Notes under the pieces: model-generated
Told to the model about the DNA's origin: nothing
What the model saw: the letters and a program-made list of their open reading frames with translations, nothing else
Databases searched by the model: none
NCBI GenBank assembly: GCA_963708135.1
Contig: OY970192.1
Location: 2,976,001 to 3,040,000 of the forward strand
Direction of reading: 5' to 3'
DNA: 64,000 nucleotides
Origin: an uncultured Gemmatimonadales bacterium
GTDB lineage: Bacteria; Gemmatimonadota; Gemmatimonadetes; Longimicrobiales; RSA9
Shown here: one piece after another, positions 1-8,590 of the stretch
Numbering within the stretch: position 1 is the stretch's first letter
Layout of the letters: the number at the start of each line of letters is the position of its first letter
Program-made: the position numbers and the translations under genes

Positions 1-777
1 ACCGTCGCTGTCTGCGTCCGTCAGCGTCAGCTCCCGGGGCGTGCCGCCGCCGGCAGGCGTGAGCACCGCCGTGAACGCGCCGAGCGTCACATCCTGACCG
101 TCGAGCTGCGGCAGCGTGACGTCGGTGCCGAGCTGCAGCTGCGCCAGCAGATTGCCGCCGAAGGTGACGTTCGTCGCCTTCACCACCGGGTGCATCACCC
201 AGCGGCCGGACTTGCCTGCCTCATGACCGAAGCTCCGCGAGGCGTTGAAGTCGATCATCACGATCGTCTCGCCGTCGCCGATGTCCAACTTGCCGCCAGG
301 CAGATCGATCTTCAGTCCACTCGTCCCGAGACTCGGCATCTGGAGCGTCCCGTCAACGGCCATTCCGGCCGGGAGCCCCGCGTAGTCGGGCGAGGAGGCG
401 TACACTCTCGACCCATCGGTCGTCTCCACCTGGATGTAGGCGCCGCTGAGCACGAGCCGGAGCTGCGAATAGCTCCCTGCCGGAATGTCGGCGCCTGCCA
501 CCAGCGTGGCGACCTCGTTCTGCAGGTCGAGCAGATTACCCGTGTAGGGCTGCTCCAGCAGCGGCACACCCCCGCCGCTCCCCTGCAGCGTGATCTGCGA
601 GATCGTCACGACCGCCGACTGGAAGTCGCCGGGCGCGTCCGTGAGCAGGAGCGTGAACCCCTTGCCCGTACCGATCTTGGTGTGCGTCGTGCTCTGCGGA
701 GCCGTCGGAGAGACGTCCTGGCACGCCGCGAACGCGAGCACGAGAGCCAGCGGCGCGAGCCGGGAGATGCGAAGCAT
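1..777 (-). CDS. DUF4382-like lipoprotein (partial, runs off the window start)
   Basis: Read manually; absent from the ORF track because no stop lies in the window. MLRISRLAPLALVLAFAAC lipobox, then LLLTDAPGD, GSYSQLRLVL, SGLKI and WVMHPVV, typical of DUF4382. GGAGG RBS upstream. Confidence 0.75.
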   Translation of the reverse strand, partial: MLRISRLAPLALVLAFAACQDVSPTAPQSTTHTKIGTGKGFTLLLTDAPGDFQSAVVTISQITLQGSGGGVPLLEQPYTGNLLDLQNEVATLVAGADIPAGSYSQLRLVLSGAYIQVETTDGSRVYASSPDYAGLPAGMAVDGTLQMPSLGTSGLKIDLPGGKLDIGDGETIVMIDFNASRSFGHEAGKSGRWVMHPVVKATNVTFGGNLLAQLQLGTDVTLPQLDGQDVTLGAFTAVLTPAGGGTPRELTLTDADSDG

Positions 778-929
778 GAAGCCTCCAGTGATGCAGGTTG
801 CTGCCAGGCCGGCATCGGCGCTTTCGGTGGGAGGACGATCGAGCGGAGCGGGAGGTCACAGCCAGTTCGGGCGGGGGAGGCCGCGCTGGCCCGTCGGACT
901 TCGAGAGCTCGGCGATCCGTGTTGCGGAC

Positions 930-1030
930 GACCGGGCACGGTCACGGGCAGGGCACGGAAGACGGGCAAAGAGGGCCAGTGGGAACGGGCAGGGGCAGGG
1001 GCGCGGGAACGCGCAGGGGCAGGGGGAAGG
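930..1030. repeat. Imperfect 6-bp G-rich tandem repeats (GGGCAC/GGGCAG/GGGAAC)
   Basis: Intergenic stretch e.g. gggaacgggcaggggcaggggcgcgggaacgcgcaggggcaggggg. Confidence 0.6.
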
Positions 1031-1061
1031 CCTATGGAGGATCGTTGTCCGGCGATCGGCG

Positions 1062-2375
1062 TCAGGCGCCGCGTTCGACCACCTCCGGCGCGTCTTCCAC
1101 ACGCATGTTCTTCAGCCGCCGCAGCGCGGGAATCCCCCACGCCGGGCCGACCGCGAGCAAACTGAACGCCGGCCCCCATCCGAACCGAGCCGAGATCGCG
1201 ATGGTCAGCCAGATCGAGCCGGCCGTCAGCGCGAAGCCGAGCGACGTCTGGATGGTCAGCGCCGTGCCCACCGCGTGCGCCGGCGCGACCTCGGTCGTGA
1301 TCGCGCTGAACTGCGCGGAGTCCGCCACCACGGCAAATCCCCAGACGAGGCCCAGGACCGCCAGCAACGCGTAGGGTGCGGCTCCGAGCCAGCCGGTGAC
1401 CAGCGCGCAGCTGCCGCTCACGGCCAGCGCGGCCATGGCCACGCGCTCCCTGCCCCAGCGGTCGGCCCACGCGCCGGCGACCACCGCGCCGGCCCCGCCC
1501 ATTCCGATCACGGCAAAGCCGAGCACGCCGGACCAGGTGGTGGCGGCAACCTCCGACGCGCCGCGCGCGAGGAACGTCTCGTAGTAGAAGAGTGGGACGA
1601 GCGCCCACATGGCGTACAGCTCCCACATGTGCCCGAGGTATGCCGCGATGGTGGCGGCGGTCTCCCGGTCCCCGAGCACGCGACCGACCAGCCGCCACGA
1701 GAACGGGCGCTGCGCGAACGGATACGGCCCGTCACTGTAGCCGAAGGCGACGAACAGCGCCGCCAGCACGGCGCCCGCCGATGCGGTCAGCACCACGCCG
1801 GACAGGCTCGCGCCCTCGAGTGCGTGGACGAGGTACGGCGTCGCCTTCCCCACGGTGAGGGCGCCCACGATCGTGCCGATGGCGAGCCCCCGCGAGGCGC
1901 GGAACCATGTGGCGGCCATCTTCATCGCGGGAGGGTAGACCCCGGCCAGGAAGAACCCGGTGAGGAAGCGTGCGACGAGGGCCGCGGGGTACGCCGGGCC
2001 GAGCGCGAGCGCTCCGTTGGCCGCCGCCGCGGCAAGCGCCGAGGCGGTGAAGTAGCGGCGGGAGTCGACCAGGTCGGCCAGGTTGAGGAAGGCGGCGAGG
2101 GCAGTGCCGCCCACGAAGCCGAGCTGCACGACCGTGGTCAGCCATCCCGCCTGCTGCGCGCTGAGCCCCCACTGTACGCGCAGCTGCGGCGCCACCGCGC
2201 TGGCGGTGAACCAGAGCGACATGCCGAGCAGCTCGGCCGCCGCCAGCAGCGCGAGCATGCGCCAGCGGCCGCGCACCTCGGAGTCGGCGATCGGGAAGGT
2301 CGCGGCGTCGCGCTCCGCGCGCCGGCGAAAGCGCTCGCCCTCCGCTCGATCGACTGCCGCGGGAATGCGTTCCAT
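1062..2375 (-). CDS. MFS transporter
   Basis: About 12 hydrophobic segments; SLWFTASAV, GVYPPAMK, ADRWGRER and ADSAQFS motifs. Start uncertain (2381, 2375 or 2258). Confidence 0.85.
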   Translation of the reverse strand: MERIPAAVDRAEGERFRRRAERDAATFPIADSEVRGRWRMLALLAAAELLGMSLWFTASAVAPQLRVQWGLSAQQAGWLTTVVQLGFVGGTALAAFLNLADLVDSRRYFTASALAAAAANGALALGPAYPAALVARFLTGFFLAGVYPPAMKMAATWFRASRGLAIGTIVGALTVGKATPYLVHALEGASLSGVVLTASAGAVLAALFVAFGYSDGPYPFAQRPFSWRLVGRVLGDRETAATIAAYLGHMWELYAMWALVPLFYYETFLARGASEVAATTWSGVLGFAVIGMGGAGAVVAGAWADRWGRERVAMAALAVSGSCALVTGWLGAAPYALLAVLGLVWGFAVVADSAQFSAITTEVAPAHAVGTALTIQTSLGFALTAGSIWLTIAISARFGWGPAFSLLAVGPAWGIPALRRLKNMRVEDAPEVVERGA

Positions 2376-2421
2376 GCCCATTCCATAAGCCCGCGGTGGG
2401 AGCATGCGCAAGCGGGGCCGT

Positions 2422-4953
2422 CTACTCCGCGCCGATCGACTGCCACCAGCGGGCGCGCAGCATGTGCCGCTCGGCGCCCGCCGCGTCGCCGAGGGCGGCA
2501 TGCGCCTGGGCGGCGGCGGCGTGCGTGTAGACGTACTGCATCGGGATGTTCGTGGAGGCGGCGTCCGGCCAGGGCGTGGCGGCGTCGAGGATGCGGCCGC
2601 GGCGCAGGTAAACGTCCCACGTGAGAGTGTCGGTCAGCGGCAGGTCCACGGCGGCCCCGGCCACCGGCGAGAGCGGAGTCTCCGGGAGCGGCACCACGCC
2701 CGGCGCCGTGCTCGACGCGGGCGCGTTCCGGATCCTCCAGGTGATCCCCTCGCGGACGGTGTGCGCGAAGAGCCCGAGCTTGGTCACCGCCGGCGAGCCG
2801 GGCATGAAGTGGATCGGCCGCTCGCCCAGCGCCGCCTCGAGGATGGCCGCGGTGAACAGGTCTTCGGGCAGCAGCTGCGTGCCGGCATCGATGGTCGTGT
2901 CTATGGCGCCCGCGTGCAGCCGGATGGTCTCCGGGGCGACGAAGGCGCTCCCGGCGATCCGGTCGATCTCGCCGTCCGTCAGCCGCACGACCGAGTCCCG
3001 CGGCGGCCGGAGCGAGCGGGTCCAGCCGGCCTCCACGAGCGCGGGCGGAAGCTGTCCCCGCTCGAAGGGCCGCTGGCAGAGGATGCGCGTCGGCGTCGCG
3101 GTCGGGTCCACGCCCGCCGGACAGGGGCGGGTCAGGTCGCGGATCTGCCGGGCGTACCAGGGCGTGCGCAGATAGCTCGAGACGATGACCGTCACGTCCC
3201 TGCGCACGCCCTCGACCTCCTGCGCGTACCAGAGCGGGAAGGTGTCGTTGTCGCCGTTCGTGAAGAGCACGCCGTACGGCTCGACGCTCATGAGCACGTT
3301 GTACGCCCAGTCGCGCGCGGTGTAGTCGTCGGCCCGCGACGCCCAGCGCCAGTTGAGCGCCAGCGGCACGAGGGCGACGAGAAGCAGCGGCGCCGCGGCG
3401 AGGCGCGGCCACGCCAGGCGGCCGCCGAGCCACTCCGCCGCGCGCCGCCAGAGCGTCGCCACGCCCATGCCCGCCCACAGGCCCCAGACGCTGAAGCCGA
3501 TCAGGAAGAAGTAGTCCCGCTCGCGGACTTCGTGGAACGCGGGATCGGCAACGCGGTCGCGCCCGATCGCATAGCCGTACTTGAAGTTCATGTACACGAC
3601 GAGGCCGAGCGAGAGCGTGAGGAAGCGCGTCGCCAGGTAGGCCGCGCCAGCGGCGTCCCGCCTGCGGTGCGTCCACGCGCCGGCGAGCCCGAGCAGCAGG
3701 AACACGAGTGTCACGAGCGGTCGGGCGCCGCCGAACAGCACGCGGTGCCCCGCCACCGAGCGCGCCCACTGCCAGTCGAAGTACTGGATGTAATTCTCGA
3801 GCTGCGACGCCAGGAGCGCGGCGCTCCGCGGCACGACCTGCCCGGGGTAGACCGTCGGGTCGAGCAGGATCGACGGCTTGCCGTACTGCTCGCGCCGGAT
3901 CTCCGCCGACAGCGCCGGGCAGCCCGCGGCGCCCCACGTGTACACGCTCGCCACGGCGCCCGCCGCAGAGGCGCAGGTCGGCTCCCCCTCCGCGAGCACC
4001 GGCCGCTCGGCCGCGCGGATCGGCAGGAAGAGCTGTACCGAGAGCGCGAGTGCCCCGAGCGCCGCGCCGCCGATCCAGAGCCGCGGGCGGAGCAGCGCGC
4101 CGCCGTCCACCAGCCACACGAAGAGAAGCAGCGCCGGCACCACCAGCACGCCCCTGAGGTGGTTCGTGGCCGTGAGCGCGACCAGGAACACCAGCCCGAC
4201 CAGCGGCTCCGTCCGCCGCCCGGTGTCCCGCCAGCGCAGCGCCATCCAGCTCGCAAGCGCCGTCGTGAAGAAGGAGATGCCGTACACCTTCTCCGTCACG
4301 TCCGACTGGTTCCACACCGTGAACGCCGTTGCCGAGATGGCGACGGCGGCCGCCGCACCCAACCTGCGCAGCAGCCGGTCGCCGCCCGCGCCCGCCAGCG
4401 TCCGGTCCACCACCAGGAACCAGAAGCCCGCCGCCCCCGCGGACAGGCAAGCGGTGAACAGGTTCAGCCGCACGGCGGCGACGAGCCCCGTCCCCGCCAG
4501 AAGACTCTCCCACGCGTGCCCCAGCAGCACGAAGAGCGGGCTCCCCGGCGGATGGGCGATCCCCAGCGAGTGCGCCGCCGTCAGATACTCGCCCGAGTCC
4601 CAGAAGCCCGTGGCGGGCGCCAGCGTCACCGCGTAGATCAGAAGCACGGCCAGACCCGCCAGCACCGCCGCCCCGTACGGCGGCCGCGGCGCGCCCGCGT
4701 CCCACCCCCGCCTGCGCGCCCGGCGCCGGCGCCCCAGCTCCGCCGACCACTCGGCGGGAACGCTCCGGGCCAGGTCGCCGAGCACCCGCCTCCAGAGGCC
4801 GGAACCCTCCCCCCGCGCCGCGCGCCGACGCCACTCGCCGAAGGCCGCCCGCATCTCGCCGCCGTACTCCGCCCGGAACCCCGCCGGATACAGGTACAGC
4901 AGCGCCCCGTACAGCCGCTCCCCCGCCGGGCGACGACACGCGGCCGCCCTCAC
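2422..4953 (-). CDS. DUF2723 / TMEM260-like GT-C membrane glycosyltransferase with PadR-partner-type N-terminus
   Basis: TLAPATGFWDSGEY, AHPPGSP, EVRERDYFF and LFTNGDNDTFPLWY motifs; multi-pass membrane protein; GTG start overlaps the PadR stop. Confidence 0.8.
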   Translation of the reverse strand: MRAAACRRPAGERLYGALLYLYPAGFRAEYGGEMRAAFGEWRRRAARGEGSGLWRRVLGDLARSVPAEWSAELGRRRRARRRGWDAGAPRPPYGAAVLAGLAVLLIYAVTLAPATGFWDSGEYLTAAHSLGIAHPPGSPLFVLLGHAWESLLAGTGLVAAVRLNLFTACLSAGAAGFWFLVVDRTLAGAGGDRLLRRLGAAAAVAISATAFTVWNQSDVTEKVYGISFFTTALASWMALRWRDTGRRTEPLVGLVFLVALTATNHLRGVLVVPALLLFVWLVDGGALLRPRLWIGGAALGALALSVQLFLPIRAAERPVLAEGEPTCASAAGAVASVYTWGAAGCPALSAEIRREQYGKPSILLDPTVYPGQVVPRSAALLASQLENYIQYFDWQWARSVAGHRVLFGGARPLVTLVFLLLGLAGAWTHRRRDAAGAAYLATRFLTLSLGLVVYMNFKYGYAIGRDRVADPAFHEVRERDYFFLIGFSVWGLWAGMGVATLWRRAAEWLGGRLAWPRLAAAPLLLVALVPLALNWRWASRADDYTARDWAYNVLMSVEPYGVLFTNGDNDTFPLWYAQEVEGVRRDVTVIVSSYLRTPWYARQIRDLTRPCPAGVDPTATPTRILCQRPFERGQLPPALVEAGWTRSLRPPRDSVVRLTDGEIDRIAGSAFVAPETIRLHAGAIDTTIDAGTQLLPEDLFTAAILEAALGERPIHFMPGSPAVTKLGLFAHTVREGITWRIRNAPASSTAPGVVPLPETPLSPVAGAAVDLPLTDTLTWDVYLRRGRILDAATPWPDAASTNIPMQYVYTHAAAAQAHAALGDAAGAERHMLRARWWQSIGAE

Positions 4954-5312
4954 GCCGCACCTCCTTCCGCCAGCAGCCGCTTCGCGCGCGCCGCCTCCAG
5001 CAGCCGCTCCAGCCGCCGCGCCTCGAGCGCCGCCACCTCCCGACCGAACGCCGTCAGCCGGTACGTGCGACGGCGCTCGTCCGCGTCCCCTTCCCGCCCC
5101 TCCACCTCCTCCACCAGCCCGTCCTCCCGCAGCCGCTTGATCGCACCGTACAGCGTCCCCGGCCCCAGCCGCACCCGCCCCCCCGTGCGCGCCTCCACCT
5201 CCTGCATGATCGCGTAGCCGTGGCGCTCCGCATCCGCCAGCGCCAGCAGCAGCTCAAAGACCGCTTCGCTCAGCGGCAGCAACCCGGCGGGATCGCGGGA
5301 GGGCTCCGTCAT
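4950..5312 (-). CDS. PadR family transcriptional regulator
   Basis: C-terminal 120 aa of ORF 4950..6440: ERHGYAIMQEV, LGPGTLYGAIKRL, RRRTYRLT. ATG at 5312 with GAGGA RBS. Confidence 0.9.
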   Translation of the reverse strand: MTEPSRDPAGLLPLSEAVFELLLALADAERHGYAIMQEVEARTGGRVRLGPGTLYGAIKRLREDGLVEEVEGREGDADERRRTYRLTAFGREVAALEARRLERLLEAARAKRLLAEGGAA

Positions 5313-5340
5313 GTCGTCCTCGCCTCGTGAGAGGGCCCGT

Positions 5341-5361
5341 CTATATCGCATCACGATATAG
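5341..5361. promoter_or_regulatory. Putative PadR operator (CTATATCG-N5-CGATATAG) overlapping a candidate -10
   Basis: Perfect 8-bp AT-rich inverted repeat about 30 bp upstream of padR; TTGCCC-N16-TATATC on the minus strand. Confidence 0.7.
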
Positions 5362-5482
5362 CGGGTCGGGCCGGAGGGGCAAGGGGCGAGGAGGCCATGG
5401 GCGTGAGAAGTGGGTTTCTTGTGGCGCGGGTGCGGGTTTTCCGCGACCCGCGTTCGCGTGAGCTCTTCTGGACGCCGTCCGG

Positions 5483-6538
5483 CTACCGGTACTGCCCCAT
5501 CAGCTCCTCGAGCGCGCCTGCCCCGGGGCAGAGCGCCTCGAACGGCAACGCGGCGAGGGGCTCCTGCACGGTGCCGATGGTGGCGTGCAGGTCGCTCGTG
5601 GCCTCGTCGATGAAGAGCAGCCCGGTGGGCACTTCGCCGGCATCCTGGCGCTCGCGCACGTAGGCGTATGCGCGGTCGCGGTCGGTGGGGTCGTAGCCCT
5701 CGGCCAGCTTGCGGAAGCGTACGATCTCGCCGCCGTGCATCCTCACCTCGCGGACCTCGCCCTCGCCGTAGCTGGTGGTGATCTCGCGGCGGAGCGGGAC
5801 GAAGTCGGCCTCGACGATCTCGACCTCGTGCTCGCGGGTGTAGCGGTAGCTCTTGGTGGAGCCCTCGTGGTCGTTGAAGCTGACGCAGGGGCTGATGACG
5901 TCCACGAGGGCGAAGCCGGGGTGGCGCATCGCGGCCTGCAGGATGGGCACGAGCTGGGCCTTGTCGCCGCTGAAGGAGCGTGCCACGAAGCTGGCGCCGA
6001 GGGTGAGCGCCAGGAGCACGGGGTCGATCGGGTGCTGGCGGTTGACGTCGCCCTTCTTGGAGCGGGAGCCGATGTCGGCGGAGGCGGAGAACTGCCCCTT
6101 GGTCAGCCCGTAGACGCCGTTGTTCTCGATCACGTACAGCATGTTGACGTTGCGGCGGATGGCGTGGCAGAGCTGACCAATGCCGATGGAGAGCGAGTCG
6201 CCGTCGCCGGAGATGCCGACGTAGGTGAGCTGGCGGTTGGCTGCGTTCGCGCCCGTGGCCAGGGAGGGCATGCGGCCATGGACGCCGTTGAAGCCGTGCG
6301 CGCCGGAGAGGAAGTACGCCGTCGTCTTCCCGGAGCAGCCGATGCCGCTGAACTTGGCCACGCGGTAGGGCGCCAGCTCGAGTTGCCAGAAGGCATCGAC
6401 GAGGGCCGCGGTGATGGAGTCGTGGCCGCAGCCCGCGCACAGCGTGGACATGCTGCCCTCGTAGTCGCGCCGGGTCAGGCCGAGCGAGTTCTGCCGGAGC
6501 GCCGGGTGGCGCACCTTCGGCTTGGCGATGTGTGTCAT
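5483..6538 (-). CDS. korB: 2-oxoacid:ferredoxin oxidoreductase beta subunit
   Basis: LCAGCGH, SGIGCS, HGR, GDGD...NN TPP-binding motif, YGLTKGQFS, ISPC. Confidence 0.92.
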   Translation of the reverse strand: MTHIAKPKVRHPALRQNSLGLTRRDYEGSMSTLCAGCGHDSITAALVDAFWQLELAPYRVAKFSGIGCSGKTTAYFLSGAHGFNGVHGRMPSLATGANAANRQLTYVGISGDGDSLSIGIGQLCHAIRRNVNMLYVIENNGVYGLTKGQFSASADIGSRSKKGDVNRQHPIDPVLLALTLGASFVARSFSGDKAQLVPILQAAMRHPGFALVDVISPCVSFNDHEGSTKSYRYTREHEVEIVEADFVPLRREITTSYGEGEVREVRMHGGEIVRFRKLAEGYDPTDRDRAYAYVRERQDAGEVPTGLLFIDEATSDLHATIGTVQEPLAALPFEALCPGAGALEELMGQYR

Positions 6539-8568
6539 CGAGCCTCGATCTCCTTTCCGCCGGCCTTGCCGGTGGGCGCCTGTTGAGTCTCCAATGCGAC
6601 GATGCCGCCTCCGGCCGCCGGCGCCCCGCCGTCGCCGGCGGCCGCGGGGGCTCCGGCGGCGGACTGCCCGTCCGGCGTGGCCGCGAGTCCCAGCGCGGCC
6701 AGCACGTCCTCCACGACCGACGAGGCGCTCAGCGGCAGCCCGCCGTAGCGGCGCGAGGAGCCGAGCCGCTCGGGGCGGGCGCCGGCCTCGATGATGAGGA
6801 GCGAGCGGAGCTGCGCGTCCCGATTCTGCTCGACCACGATCGAGCGTTCGTGCGCCTCGAGGAACGCGCGCACCGCCGGGCCGAACGGCAGCGCGCGGAT
6901 GCGCATGACGTCCGTGGCGACGCCGGCCTCCGCGAGCCGCGCCTGCGCCTCGAGCACGGCGCCCCGGCAGCCGCCGATGGTGATGAGGCCGAGCGGCGCC
7001 GCGGGCGCGGGCGCGGCCGCTCCGGAAGCGCTGGGCTTTCCCGCCCCGTTGGCCGCGGCGTCGCCGGCGAGCGGCGGGGCGGCGTCGCCGGCGGGCACGA
7101 TCTCGGGAGGCGGCACGGCCTCGGCTGCGCTGGCGAGCTTGACCAGCAGTCGGTCGAGCACGTCCGTGTAGGCGGCGGCGTCCTCGGTGTAGCGGCCGAA
7201 GCGATCGTGGCCCGAGCCGCGGGTGAAGTAGGCGCCGCGGGGGTGCTCGCCGGGGATGGTGCGGTAGGGGATGCCGTCGCCATCAACGTCGAGATAGCGG
7301 TAGAACTGCTGCATCGTCTCGAGCTCGGCGGGGCCGAGCACCTTGCCGCGGTCTGGGCGGTAGGCGTCGTCCCAGGAGAGCTTGGGCACGACCCAGTCGT
7401 TCATGGCGATGTCGAGATCGCTGACCACGAAGACGGGCGTCTGGAACCGCTCGGCCAGGTCGAAGGCGGTCGTGGCGAAATCGAAGCACTCGCGCGGGTC
7501 GCACGGGAAGAGCGCCACGTGCCGGGTGTCGCCGTGGGAGGCGTAGGCGATGGAGAGCAGGTCGCCCTGCTGCGTGCGCGTCGGCATGCCGGTCGAAGGG
7601 CCGGCGCGCTGGATGTCGAAGAAGACCGAGGGGATCTCGGCGTAGTAGGCGAGGCCCAGGAACTCGCTCATGAGCGAGATGCCGGCGCCGCTCGTGGCCG
7701 TGAAGGCGCGCGCGCCGGCCCATGCCGCGCCGAGCACCATGCCGGCGGCGGCGAGCTCGTCCTCGGCCTGGAGCACGGCGTAGCGGGCCTGGCCGGTCCC
7801 GGGGTCGTGGCGGTACTTGCGGCAGAAGTTGCTGAACGCCTCGACCAGCGAGGTGGACGGCGTGATCGGGTACCACGCGGCCACGGTGGCGCCCGCCCAC
7901 AGGCAGCCGAGCGCCGCGGCGGTGTTGCCGTCGATGACCACGTGCTCGCGAGTGCGGTCGAGCGGCACGAGGCGGATCGGCAGCGGGCAGTCGAAGTGCT
8001 CCTGCGCGTACGAGCGGCCGAGGTGGACGGCGTCGAAGTTGGAGTCGAGGAGCGACTTCTTGCGCCCGTACGTCTCCGTGAGCAGCGTCTCGACCACCTC
8101 CATGTCCACGTCGAGCAGCGCGGTCAGCGCGCCCACGTAGGCGATGTTCTTCATGAGGATCCGCTCGCGGGCGCCGGCGTAGCGCTGGTTGCAGATCTCG
8201 GCGAGCGGGATCCCCAGGTGGGTCACGTCCTCGCGCCGGAGCGCGGCGTCGAGCGGGCGGGTCGAGTCGTGGAGCAGCCAGCCGCCGCTCGTCACCTCGG
8301 CCGCATCGCGCGCGTAGCTGGCCGGGTTCATGGCGACGACGAGGTCGAACGTCTCCGTGCGGGCCGTCCAGCCCTCGCCGTTCACCCGGATCTCGTACCA
8401 GGTCGCCAGCCCCTGGATGTTGCTGGGGAACAGGTTCTTGCCGCTGACCGGGATGCCCATGCGGAAGATGGACTGCATGAGCAGGCCGTTGGCGCTGGCC
8501 GAGCCCGTGCCGTTGACTGTCGCGATCTTGAGCGCGAAGTCGTTGACGCGCGAGGCGCCTTGCTTCAT
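6535..8568 (-). CDS. korA: 2-oxoacid:acceptor oxidoreductase alpha subunit (gamma-alpha fusion)
   Basis: NGTGSASAN, WYPITPST, QAEDELAA, TATSGAG, QRAGPSTGMPT, VVEQN. Start 8568 or 8598. Confidence 0.92.
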   Translation of the reverse strand: MKQGASRVNDFALKIATVNGTGSASANGLLMQSIFRMGIPVSGKNLFPSNIQGLATWYEIRVNGEGWTARTETFDLVVAMNPASYARDAAEVTSGGWLLHDSTRPLDAALRREDVTHLGIPLAEICNQRYAGARERILMKNIAYVGALTALLDVDMEVVETLLTETYGRKKSLLDSNFDAVHLGRSYAQEHFDCPLPIRLVPLDRTREHVVIDGNTAAALGCLWAGATVAAWYPITPSTSLVEAFSNFCRKYRHDPGTGQARYAVLQAEDELAAAGMVLGAAWAGARAFTATSGAGISLMSEFLGLAYYAEIPSVFFDIQRAGPSTGMPTRTQQGDLLSIAYASHGDTRHVALFPCDPRECFDFATTAFDLAERFQTPVFVVSDLDIAMNDWVVPKLSWDDAYRPDRGKVLGPAELETMQQFYRYLDVDGDGIPYRTIPGEHPRGAYFTRGSGHDRFGRYTEDAAAYTDVLDRLLVKLASAAEAVPPPEIVPAGDAAPPLAGDAAANGAGKPSASGAAAPAPAAPLGLITIGGCRGAVLEAQARLAEAGVATDVMRIRALPFGPAVRAFLEAHERSIVVEQNRDAQLRSLLIIEAGARPERLGSSRRYGGLPLSASSVVEDVLAALGLAATPDGQSAAGAPAAAGDGGAPAAGGGIVALETQQAPTGKAGGKEIEAR

Positions 8569-8590
8569 TCCAGGGTCTCCGTGGGAATCG

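Noticed and set aside
560..585. Suspected frameshift in the DUF4382-like gene
   Set aside because: Recounting shows a continuous frame (QGSGGGVPLLEQ).
5313..6440. Apparent long N-terminal extension of PadR in ORF 4950..6440
   Set aside because: It is an alternative frame of korB; the real start has its own RBS and operator.
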